Assembly (NCBI RefSeq): GCF_021869535.1
Contig: NW_026262626.1
Span: 10,416,001-10,480,000, forward strand
DNA length: 64,000 nucleotides
Source of the DNA: Mytilus californianus
Taxonomy: Eukaryota
Direction: 5' to 3'
The notes below the pieces were generated by a model. That model worked only from the letters and a program-made list of their open reading frames with translations. It was not told where the DNA came from and did not search any database. The translations under genes and the position numbers were made by a program. Positions 52,359 to 63,700 of this stretch are shown here, piece by piece; position 1 is the first letter of the stretch, and each line of letters starts with the position of its first letter.

Positions 52359-52732
52359 TTAGTTCAATTTAACAATTGTGAAACAGGAATGTTGATATAT
52401 ATACTGAGAACCAGCAGTCCTCACTGTTATTTCATCACCTACATCCAACATCGTCACAAAAACTCTGGTTCTAGTTTGGTAGGAGCCGTCAACTTTACCG
52501 TAATATGTATCAATCATGTCGTCATTGTTTTTATAAATGTAGTAATACTGATTATTTGTGTGTGTCATCATAACTGCCGAAACATGGTACAATCCAGCAA
52601 TAGTACAAATGAATTTTCCGGTTGTTTTATAAGCAGATAAGTCGGATATTCCAATGTTGGCTTTGATATTTGGAAATTGTACTACTTTTCCACCCAGCAC
52701 AGTAGAACCTGTATGGCAGGCGGTAAGAGCAA
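52359..52732 (-). CDS. C1q-domain-containing protein, exon 2 (globular C1q domain)
   Basis: cccttttcag|TTGCTC...AACTAA; VVQFPNIKANIG...TGKFICTIAGLYHVS...LDVGDEITV...SCFTIVKL is a gC1q pattern. Confidence 0.9.
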
Positions 52733-53494
52733 CTGAAAAGGGAAAAAAGATAATATTAAAAAGTTATGACTTGTAAAATTAATTAGAACATCTAAAGATA
52801 TATTATCAAAAGTTAAAATATATTTGTACAAGTCAAATTTCGTTCCTTTTAAGTATTATACAACACCTGAGGTTTGATTTAATATAAAAAAAAACAACCA
52901 ACCAAAACAAGTGAACTCTCTGATCAGATGTAGTTCCTTATAATCTTTATACAACACGTGTAGTATTGTCTAGCAGTTACGAAACCCCAGGTGGTTAGTG
53001 CATTACACCCCTTTTTCTTTTCCTTTTTTTTTGGGGATGGATAATCTTTAAAGTAAATATACACGTGTTCTTGCTCTTATTCATCCGATATTACAATAAC
53101 CAATTATTGGCGAAATATAAAGAAGGAATATAGAATAAAAAGGAAATATTTGTCCCATTTAAACTAACAAAAATTTCCTTTCCGAAATATTGTTATTTTC
53201 ATTTAAAAGAAACATCATTGATTTTGTACCAAACATCGTTCGTTTATACTAGTATTTTTAACTCCAATACCAAATATTGTCACGAAAACTGCCGTTTATA
53301 ACACTTATATAGTTGTCAAATCAATGTGCTACCAAAAATGCGTCGTCTTAGAAAATTATTTGTTTTCGTAATTTTTGCATTTCAAAATTAAATTACTTGC
53401 AGTCAACAACAGGTTGAGATATTTGATATAAAATGAAAAGACGAAATTTCGGACAAAGGAAATATGCGTGTACTTTTATTTCCACATACATCAA

Positions 53495-53700
53495 TGTGTA
53501 AATTTTGCGCCTGTCCCAATTGAAGAACATCTAGCCTTTGTAAGTCTTGTATGGTTTTTTTTTTGGTTTATTTGTATGTTTCGGAGTTTAGTGTGGCGTC
53601 CATTTCGCCGAACTAGTAAACATTTTTGTTTAGGGGCCAGCTAAAGGTCGCCTCCGGGTATGGGATTTTATTGCTGCTTTGAAGACCCATTGCTGGCCTT
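53495..53700 (+). mobile_element. Partial family A 3'-end copy
   Basis: GCGCCTGTCCCA...TTAGGGGCCAGCT...GAAGACCCATTG. Confidence 0.6.
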
Positions 53701-54280
53701 GGACTGATAAGAATCCGAGTTGCTATCGGTTTCATTAGGTTGGGCTCTATGATGTAATTTCAAAGGTAATTTTACCACTAAAATGAACGTGAAATGTTGT
53801 ATTTCAAATATAGAGTGGAAACATTTTCAATCTCAAGGTTATTTAAAAGAAGTGTATCAGCGCGATTGTAGCTTTTTTACTGCGTTAAAATTGAATATTT
53901 TTACCAAACTCTTGAAGCCATTTGCAAAGGTTTTTTTTTTTCTAGATCATTTGAATTTTAAAGAGGAGAAAGTGTTTGGCATAACTGAAAATCTTTATAG
54001 ATATTGTTATAATCTTTTTAAAAAATATACTATTACTTGAATTAAGTAAAATCATTGGTGCACATTAGTTTTGTCTTACATATTTTACTTTCTGTTCCAA
54101 CTATAACAAGCTGAATGATGATAAAACCTTAAATTTTGTTCAGGGTTTTTTTTACGTATTTTGGCTTTCGGCGTTTTTTTCCCCATTATTTTTTAAAAGA
54201 TGTTTATATAAGATAAATAGCAATCGAAATGTTATTAATTGTACCATTATCAGATAAACTGTAATATAAACATAACCTAC

Positions 54281-54841
54281 CTTTCTGCTGTTTTAAAGCA
54301 ATTTCTTGCAAAGAGTTATTGAAGCGAACTTGGAAGTTTCCCACAATCTTTTCAAATGATTCATTGAATCGGTTCTGTTCTTGGTGAAGAAATAACTTCA
54401 TTGTACTATCCCTTTTACGTTCAGCTTCACTAAATTCTATTACTTTAGAAGAAAAGGAATCCAACAATGAATTCATCTGTCTTTCGTAAAACCCAGTTTC
54501 ATTTGCAGACTGCAGCTTGAAATGATCGTCGGTTTCAAGAACAGAATCATTAAACCGCGTTTGGTCCTGTAGATAAGCATCTCGCATTGATTCAACAAAT
54601 GTTTCTGTTTTTGCTTCGCTTCTGTCACTTTATCCAAAATTGACGTAATAGACTCTTCCCATAGCTTTATCTTTTCCGCATATACTTCCATTTTATGTTC
54701 CAGGCGAACAACCTTCTCTAGGACCTTTTCTTCAAAATGAAATTTTGAACAGCTCAATAACGATTCGGACTCTGAACCAAGAGATCTGGTTAAAATCGGT
54801 ATTATTGATATGCTTAAGCAAATAAATTGAAAGACAAACAT
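54281..54841 (-). CDS. C1q-domain-containing protein, exon 1 (signal peptide + coiled coil), interrupted by a 1-nt frameshift
   Basis: Hydrophobic N-terminus MFVFQFICLSISIIPILTRS, then LSCSKFHFEEKVLEKVVRLEHKME; frame switches near the T5 run at 54608-54612; donor CAGAAAG|gtaggt; 561 nt + 1 restores phase 1. Confidence 0.8.
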
Positions 54842-55629
54842 GTTTGCGACTCATTTGTTCTGCAGCAAATGGCAAATGCAAGGTACATTTGAAGCGGAAA
54901 AGATATATACTTATTTCTTATATATTATTCCAATTAATTGCATTAACTTATTACCGGGGCTTATAACGTCTGCATATCGTCTGGTTCCTTTTTTAAGATA
55001 ATAAAATCATTCGTCTGCAGGTAGTTTTTATTATAAATTAATAAGCTTCGCCTATTTTTAATACCATACAGCTTTAATCAAAGCAAGCACAACAAAAGAG
55101 GTTAAAATACTTTCACAATGAAAGAGTAAGGTGAATTTTCCTACCTACATCGATTTTAGCATGCATTTTCCGCATCCTATTATTTCGGGTTTTATACAAA
55201 CTTCAGTGGTGTTTTCATACTGTTGTCTCATATATTATTTTCTTGTAGTCTCATTTTGTATTTTTTATGAAGTCTCATAGTGTGAATATAAGTTCTGTAG
55301 TTTTTGGTCGGAGGTTGTTTAATTATTTTGAGATTGTTTAATGGTCCTGATGGAGCAAGTTTCAAATAAAGTCAAGACAGCAACTAACATAGATTAACAT
55401 TATATATCAATTACCGGCTCCAAACAAACTAAACCAAGGCTAACATAAGGGTTTCTGTGTGTAGACCAAAACATGATCTCAGCAAATCATATTGGCTTAA
55501 ATCAGAAAAATAGTTAGAATGAATAATAATTTGATCATTAACACTAAACTAAATTTAATATTGGCCCTTGAGAAACACTTCGCATACAAATAGAATTTTG
55601 AGTTCCTGCTTGAGTAAGTGAACTTGCAA

Positions 55630-56863
55630 AGGAGAGAAAAAAGATACCAGAGGGTCAGTCAAACTCATAGATCGAAAACAAACTGACGACGCCATTGCCA
55701 AAAATAAAAAGACAAACAGACAAATAATAGTACAGATGACACAACATAGAAAACTAAAGACTAAGCAACACGAACCCCACCAAAAACTCGGGGTGATCTC
55801 AGGTGCTCCGGAAGGGTAAGCAGATCCTGCTCCACATGTGGCACCCGTCGTGTAGCTTATGTTATTACTGGCAAATCCGGTAAATAGTCTAATTCGGTAG
55901 GTCACATTCGTGAAAAGGGAAGGGTATTGTAGTTACGACATAAGGAACATATCCGATATCATCTGTGAAACGGTTATTCCATAACGGTCAACCAACTCGT
56001 GATGGCGTCCGTAAAATTTACGAGGGGATGATTTCAACTTCACCATTTGGAACTCTTGGTTTAATAGCTTCCTTGTGAGCAGCAATCCTCTATCAAGGAA
56101 ATCATGATAGGAAATACAAGCCCGGGAATATCGAATCAATTGGGAGATATATACTCCGTATGCAGGCGCTGCTGGAATGTTGCTACATAGAAATGGAAAG
56201 ATCACAATTGGAAAGCTGAAATCATCTCTTTTGTCGTAAAGTTTTGTTTTCAACCGACCCTCATTGTCAATTTCTAGATGTAAGTCAAGATATGAGGCAG
56301 ACTTAACTGTATCTGTAGTATCCTTTATCTCTAGTTCGATGGGATAGATTCGTTCAACATAGTCACCAAATTTTGTATTATTTAGTGAGAGAACATCATC
56401 TATATAGCGGAACGTAAAGTTAAAGGATACTGCTAACTTCTTATCTTTCTTCCTTAGAAGTTCCTGTATGAAGTCAGCCTCATAATAATAAAGAACCAAG
56501 TCGGCAAGAAGAGGGGCACAATTGGTTCCCATTGGAATTCCGACAGTCTGTTGAAAAACACGTCCTCCAAACGTAACAAATAAATTGTCAATCAAGAAAT
56601 CAAGCATCTTGATAATGTCAGTTTCAGAGAAATTTTTGTTTGAATCAGAGTGATTCTTTACAAAGTAGGATTTATCCCTCCCCAAGACAAGATACTTGTA
56701 TCTACGTTCGCCATTCTTTTTAATGAAACAAAGTAATACCAATTCTTTCAATTTGTCTTTTAGTTTGGAATGGGGAATACTTATGTAAAGTGTAGAAAAG
56801 TCAAATGTTTTAATACTATTGCAAGATGAGAGAGTCTTAGATTGTATGTACTCTAAAAGATCT
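55630..56863 (-). mobile_element. 5'-truncated Penelope-like retroelement (RT C-terminal half + ~300-nt 3' UTR), probably Naiad/Chlamys type
   Basis: Open frame 56863-55933 with TFDFSTLY, GIPMGTNCAPLLADL, FRYIDD, YDKRDDF, YGVYISQLIRY motifs; no GIY-YIG after RT; flanked by TTGCAA at 55624-55629 and 56864-56869. Confidence 0.85.
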
Positions 56864-57239
56864 TTGCAACCTTCTGTGTGAGGAAGAACCTGCCTGCCCG
56901 ACAATGCGCCAGGTGGGGAATGTGGATCAAGGGTTTTCCACGAGGGGATGAAACTAGGCGTCTCAACTGCAGCCGGGGTGTGCAAAGTCTGTATTGGGAT
57001 AGCCCATATGCTAGTAGAGTAGCAGGGGTCTATCAAACTGGCACTGGAATAAATTTGAAAAAAAATTCCCCGGGGGATGGAATGAAATTTTGGAAATGAC
57101 CAGTGATAAAATTCCATCAAGGTCCAAAAACTCAGAATGAACAGCTGAGTGCCCCCAGGGATTTAGTATTTTTGATTTATTAACTTCAATAAAGTCATGA
57201 GAAAAAAAAATTTTTACTCTCTAATTCATTATTATGTAA

Positions 57240-57945
57240 TCAATGGTAATCAGTATTCAAACATTAAAAGCTATATTTAAAGATTTCTCTATAAACTGTG
57301 CAGTTCAGTATTGAAACATGAGAATGCTATGAAAAATGGTACTCAGTATTCAAACATGAGAATGCTAGAAATATTATAATATTCAGTATTCAAACATGAG
57401 AATGCTAGAAATATTATAATATTCAGTATTCAAACATGAGAACGCTATAAAATGATATTCAATATTCAACATGAGAATACTATTAAAAATGATAGTTGAT
57501 ATTCAGTTTGAAAAACATGAGAAGGCTATACAAATGATATTCAGTATTCAATGTTGAGAATGCTGTAAAAATGATACTCAATATTCAAAGTTTCAAAGAT
57601 GTGAATTCTATAAAAATGATATTCAGTGTTCAATGATGAGAAATGATAATCAATATTCAAAGTTTCAAAAATGAGAAAGCTATGACAGATGGAATTCATT
57701 ATGCAATTCAGAGTGAGGAAGAAACTACCTGTCAGACAATATGCCAGTAAGGAAATGTGGAGCGAGAGTTCTCCACAAGGGGTTGGCGTCTCATCTGCAG
57801 CCGGGGTAAGCAAGGTCTACATGGAGGATAGCCCATGTGCTAGTAAAGTAGCTGGGGTCTATCAAAACTGGCACTGGAATACAGGCATGAGTATGCTATA
57901 AAAAATAAATTTAATAGAAAAAATCGATATTCAGTATTCAAACAT
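57240..57945. repeat. ~40-bp AT-rich minisatellite enclosing a ~170-bp GC-richer unit
   Basis: Unit ATTCAGTATTCAAACATGAGAATGCTA...; exact 40-bp period at 57343/57383/57423. Confidence 0.85.
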
Positions 57946-59878
57946 GCTAATATTGCCCGAAACAAATCTTGTGAAGAAGATGACATACTGTTCAGTAACT
58001 ATCTGAGGACCAACATCCTAATACTTGACAATATGATCTGCTTTGGATGTGTGTGTAGTGTCTGCAAGTCGCAAGATAACCATACAAGTGATCTGGATTT
58101 AAACAAAACAAACTTAGTATATGTTTAATGCACTTAAATTTTAAAACAATTCTTCTAACTTAGTACATGGTTTATGCAGTTTATGTTTAGAATAATTCTT
58201 TCTAAGGCTTGAAGCTTCTCATTATTGAATACATGTTTATGTAGTTAATAAAAAAAAAATTCAAAGGCTTGAAAATTTGTGAGATAAGTGTATTAGTTTG
58301 GGAATTTGGCTGTAATCTTCTTTAACTTGACAATATTAAACTACGATTTTAAAAAGCTACATTTGATTTGTACTTTATGCAGTTGGCTAACGTTATCTTC
58401 TTTGACAGGAGCCTTTGGCTGTATCAGTTCAAAAAGTGCCATAATCTTTTAAGATCTTGAAATACAATATCTCCAATACACAATTTGCAGATAGATATAT
58501 GATACATTATTTTTACATCATCAAATATTATATTTGGATTTTATTAATACTGACAATTCGAAAATTTTAATTAACTCATTAGCAGATGTGTTTGTCGAAA
58601 TTTCAAAGTTAACAGCTATAATGTACTGTTAGATTTCTTGGTGTAACTTTCGTATGGTATAGCATGTATAGATTGTAGATGTAACTGCAGTTTTGCAAAG
58701 TAAACATTGTGTGTGTAAAAAGTAGTTTGATACACACGTATACTTAACAGTAAACACAGTATTCACAATGAAATTAACACTTTCAGTTTCAACAGAAAAT
58801 CGTTAACACTTTATAGAGCAATAACACCGATTGTATGTATTGTCTGTACATGCTCTGGCTTTAAATCAATTAGACACTTATGAAAAGGATAAACAAAATT
58901 TGTTTAAGACATAAATTAATATAATTCTCTCTATAATATTCTTAAAGTAATAGGCAGTCTTGTATGGTTCCTTGGTTTTGACAGGTTTTAAAATTTTAAG
59001 GTGTTTGTCTAATGGTGTATGTTGTCAAATTCTAAGGATTCCAGTAGCTTGAAATAGAAGTTCGACCAAAATTGTTTCGGAACCACATTACTTCTGACTC
59101 GTTTGGCACTGATGAGACTGCAGTGCTGTATTTGTAGTCAATCTGATAAAATAGTATATCATACATGATCTGTTTGAATGGTAGGAGAAATAATGTCCAC
59201 ATTGGAAAAAGAATCTAAACACACTTCTGGGGTCCATGTTGAAATGAGGAGGCTCTAGTATCAAATGTTGTACGGATGAAGATGGATATATACTATATCT
59301 TGTTGTATTCCTGTTTGAACATTGGAACATTCTGAACTTGATACGTGTGACTAGTTGTTGAACTTGTGCTTTATACCACAGATGAAGGATGACATATTGT
59401 TAAAGATTATTAAACTGGTGATACTTAAATATGAAAACCAGCAATGTTCAAGTATATTTAGTAGGTATGACTGAGCATCAATCGACCAAATATAAAGTTT
59501 AATAATCAAGCGTGAAAGTGTTTGTCCCAGTGACATAGTTCAGCTGTAGCCACAGCCAAAGTAAAACGAAGCACTGTCAACTGTGGGAGTTCCATGTCTG
59601 TGGTTGTCAATCTGATAAACCAATGTCTCGTTTCCCTCAGTGATTAAATATGCAAATAAAAGAAATGAAAAAAAGGTGTCAGTAATAGGAAAATATCAAA
59701 TGTTGTAAATCATGAAATAAAAATTGTTGGTTCTATTAATATCTATCTGTATAACAAGCAAAGTAACTGTTTAACTCATATAGAAATCATTTGAAATGGA
59801 TTAAATATTATACTAAATGTCAACAAGTGTCAGTTATGGAGAATGCGATATTTCTTTAACATCTATTTAAAAATCTAA

Positions 59879-60765
59879 TAAAATTGAGAATGGAAATGGG
59901 GTATGTGTCAAAGAGACAACAACCCGACCATAGAGCAGACAACAGCCGATGGCCACCAATGGGTCTTTAATGCAGCGAGAAACTCCCGCACCCGGAGGCG
60001 TCCTTCAGCTGGCCCCTAAACAAATATGTATACTAGTTCAGTGATAATGGACGTCATACTAAACTCCAAATTATACACAAGAAACTAAAATTAAAAATGA
60101 TACAAGACTAACAAAGGCCGGAGGCTCCTGACTTGGGACAGGCGCAAAAATGCGACGGGGTTAAACATGTTTTTTGAGATCTCAACCCTCCCCCTATACC
60201 TCTAGCCAATGTAGAAAAAACAAACGTACAACAGTACGCACAGTAAAACTCAATTTAAGAGAAGTCCGAGTCCGATGTCAGAATAGGAAACAAAAGAAAA
60301 TAAACAAAATGACAATAATACATAAATAACAACAGACTACTAGCAGTTACTGACATGCCAGCTCCAGACCTCAATTAAACTGATTGAAAGATTATGTCTT
60401 CATCATATGAATATCAGGCACAATCCCTCCTGTTAGGGGTTTAGTATTGTACCATCATAAAATATATGAGAAGAACATAACCCGTGTCATGTCAACAACT
60501 GGTTTTAGAATAAATATGTTTAATTCCGATGCAAAGACCCTATAAGTGAATCAATATTAAAACCAAAATATGCAATCTTTAATGACCTGACAACAGTATC
60601 GTAACTATATCCCTTCTTAATAAGTCTGTTTAAAGGTTTTGTTAGCTTTTGAGGTGAATACTGACATTTTTGTGCTTTGTAAAGAATATTACCATAAAAG
60701 ATTGGATGTGAAAAACCCGAACGTATAAGATGTCTGCATGTTGAGTTATATTTACGAATGCACAT
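59879..60765 (-). mobile_element. 5'-truncated Penelope-like element, second family (RT thumb end + long 3' UTR, 'family A')
   Basis: ORF 60765-60520 (...KLTKPLNRLIKKGYSYDTVVRSLK...) runs into the abundant 3' sequence ending CCATTCTCAATTTT. Confidence 0.65.
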
Positions 60766-63700
60766 GATGCAAGGAGATATAACAGCATATGGAATATACT
60801 ATTCTATATGATAGTCAGAATTATTGTGTCTCTCAATTATAATAAAGAAATGTTGTAATGAATTACAAATTTGCTCATCATGTGCCTTTTAATGGAAAAA
60901 ATATCTGTATCTTATCTTTAGATCGTGAAACTTCTTCTATAAATGTTTTGCAATAAGCGGGTAATGCTTAGAGGACAACAAGCAATCAACACATATAACC
61001 AATAGAGAGAGACAAATAATATATTTTTTAAATGTATTCAACTAAACAAATGAAAAAACAACTATTATGACTATCCAAAGAAGATGATTAAATGAATTCT
61101 ATATTTGATGTAGCTGTTGTCCATTTCTGAATAGTCATGTTAAGATTATGTGAATAAAAGTGTATTATTAAAACTTAAAGACTATACACCAGTTAAATCT
61201 AGTCTTTTGTTTTGCATGAAGCACTATATATGTATATCTGTATATAAGAAATAAAGTTCAATACATATACTTAAATATACTTGCCTAGATCAAGTCAGTT
61301 CATAAACACCTGATGGAAATCTCTCTGTATGGTCACAAATACATACGGATCTGATGGTGTTAATGTCCATAACACAGATGGTAACAGCTGAGTGTCCCCA
61401 AGGATTTGTGAAGTAAGGGAGTGGATACATTCAATAAGGCCATGAGAAATAAACCCAAACAAATCATAAAAGCAAACATAAAAATAATCGCAAAATAATA
61501 ACACATTAAAAAAATATATGCATTTGATATAACACCTTAAATTCTACCTAACCTACTTTTAACAGATTTTATAGATACTGGTGTTACCCTAATATATCTG
61601 ATGTAACTATCTGACCTATTAATTGATTGTTTGTTGCTTAACGTCCATTGGCAAATATTTCATGCATGTTCATGACGAGAACAAATCAAGTTACAATAAA
61701 TACAATAGGTAGGACCTGTAGTGACCATATTTTTATTCATCAGTCTTTCTTGAGAGTTTAGTTATCTGAAGACCTAGAAGATAAACAAAAACAAGCTAGT
61801 AACTATCAGAAGACCAGCTTGTTTTTTTTATATAAAATGATTTTCTATTTGTCTTTCCGACTCTGTTATCTATCCTATTCTAAAGCTATGAACATTATAA
61901 TGAAAGCCACCTAAATCCAGTGCTTTCTAAATACAGAATTTGGAAGGATAGGAGTAAATTCCTATATTACTGTATAAATTCTAATAAAATCTTGTATGGG
62001 CAGATAAGTCGATCTCCATAATTTATGTCCTTTCTAAATGGATCAGTTTTGTAGGTTTTTTTTAGGGGGGGGGCATATTTCCTTAAGCATTTTATAAATG
62101 TATTGGTAAACCTTTTGTACCGTTAGTAATCACAGTTGTCCGATAGTTGATGGATTGCTGGTTATGAACCAAGAAACTGATTATACAAAGACCATGCATA
62201 TGGCTTTACACACAAATTTGGTAAATCAATCATAAGAGTAGGAGGAGACTGACCTCACTGATTCTCCAATAACATTATTTTTTGTGTAATTAATTTTTAT
62301 AAGATCTGGTATCATATCCTGCTTTTCCTCACCAACAGTGATTGTTTGTGACATGTATCTGATAAAGAAAAGATTAGTATGCCTCCTGGAGAGATCCCAG
62401 TTGTAACTTTAATTATTATACTATTATTTATCTGTTTCTCTTTTTAATTTTGGCCATGGCGTTGTCAGTTTGTTTTCGATCTATGAGTTTGACTGTCCCT
62501 CTGGTATCTTTCGTCCCTCTTTTTCAAAGTGTCAAATAGCAGAGAAATTAACCACAAGATATAAGAATTGGTGTGTGCATCCCCGAAGGTTCACGCATAT
62601 ATATATTGGTTGATGCAGTCTTTCGGATTACCGGAAATGGCTTCTGTCTTTTCGGAATACATCTGTTCTTTTCTATGACCACCTGCGTAATAGGTAATGA
62701 ATTGATCTAATGAATATGTATTAGCGTCCAACAGTTGTTATAGAGATAAGTGTTAATCGAGACTGATTGATATCCTACATAGCTAATTAAATTAGAGTCG
62801 CATATGTTAGGATTTCTGAATTACAAGCTGTGTTCATATTGGAGATCAAATAGATTTTTAGCGAAAAAAGTGACGATCAATGTATAGGGCGTTTTTACGA
62901 TTTTCAAACTGAGCCGTTTTAGCGAAATTAAAAAAAAAAATAAAGTCCGTTTAAGCAGCAATTAAAATTCTACGTCAACCAGGAAAGATGAGAACAATCA
63001 ACGTGTTTCTAACATTGTTCCTATTTTGATTAGAATAACAAAAACGGAATTATTATAATCACATATTATTTAACTGGTAAAATATTGGAAAAAAATACAA
63101 ATTAGAATAAAAAGAAAATTAAGAAAATTAAAGAAAAACAAACTGAACCTTAAAGAATCGTTGAGGTGTGTAAAATGCAGATATAAGATGCTACAATGAA
63201 ATTTTATTTTTTAATAAACATTTAAGTTATAAAAACACTTGACGATTCTAAAAGAATAATTAAATGTTTTGGCTTGATGTTTGTGATGTAGTATAACAGA
63301 AAAAATGATTATGCATATGCAATGCAGCAGTGGTGAAATACTAATACAGGGTCAGAAATAAAATAACAAATGTCTTTTATAGAGAACGAGTGATGATAAA
63401 TACAGTCAGGGATAAGATAATGAATTTCTATTTTAAGTAATTAAGGCTCTACATTTTTATCAAACTTAAATATAAATGAGGAAACGAAAGCAATAATTAT
63501 AATAAATGACAACGCGATGAAATCAGGTAGTTAGTTTTCTCGTATGAATTGTTTTACATTGTCATTTCGGGCGGTAAGGGTTTTGCTCATTGTTGAACTT
63601 CTACGTCACTTGGTCACTAGTGGAGAGTTGTCTCATTGGCAAACAAACCACGTCTTCCTTTTTTTTTATTTAAATAAACCATACTTAATCTTATTTAAAA

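Larger units (their letters stand above)
55470..62400 (-). pseudogene. Unidentified degenerate coding-like remnants, partly duplicated
   Basis: Duplicated NPWGHSAV segments (~57140 and ~61385), duplicated ~175-bp units with third-position-biased differences, repeated YQID segments; many stops. Confidence 0.3.

Noticed and set aside
55131-55142. NF-kB/Rel site upstream of the C1q gene (GGTGAATTTTCC)
   Set aside because: A single imperfect match, expected by chance in AT-rich DNA.
55768-55853. Canonical HDV-like ribozyme
   Set aside because: The P1-like pairing is present, but the P3/L3 segment is too long and J4/2 lacks the C-R-A motif; kept only as an unclassified fold.
56950-56970. Hammerhead ribozyme (GAAAC...GTC) near the retroelement; CTGATGA hits at ~21654, ~37890, ~59110
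   Set aside because: None combines CUGANGA, a stem II and GAAA in the right order; the GAAAC is absent from the paralogous unit.
56864-57120. N-terminal 85 aa of the 395-aa ORF as part of the RT protein
   Set aside because: It lies outside the TTGCAA duplication and is homologous to a non-RT unit at 57.7 kb; the fusion is accidental.
60365-60420. SECIS element in the family A 3' UTR (ATGATGAAGAC...GTCTGGAG)
   Set aside because: The non-Watson-Crick quartet register and helix II length do not fit, and no in-frame UGA is visible in the remaining ORF.
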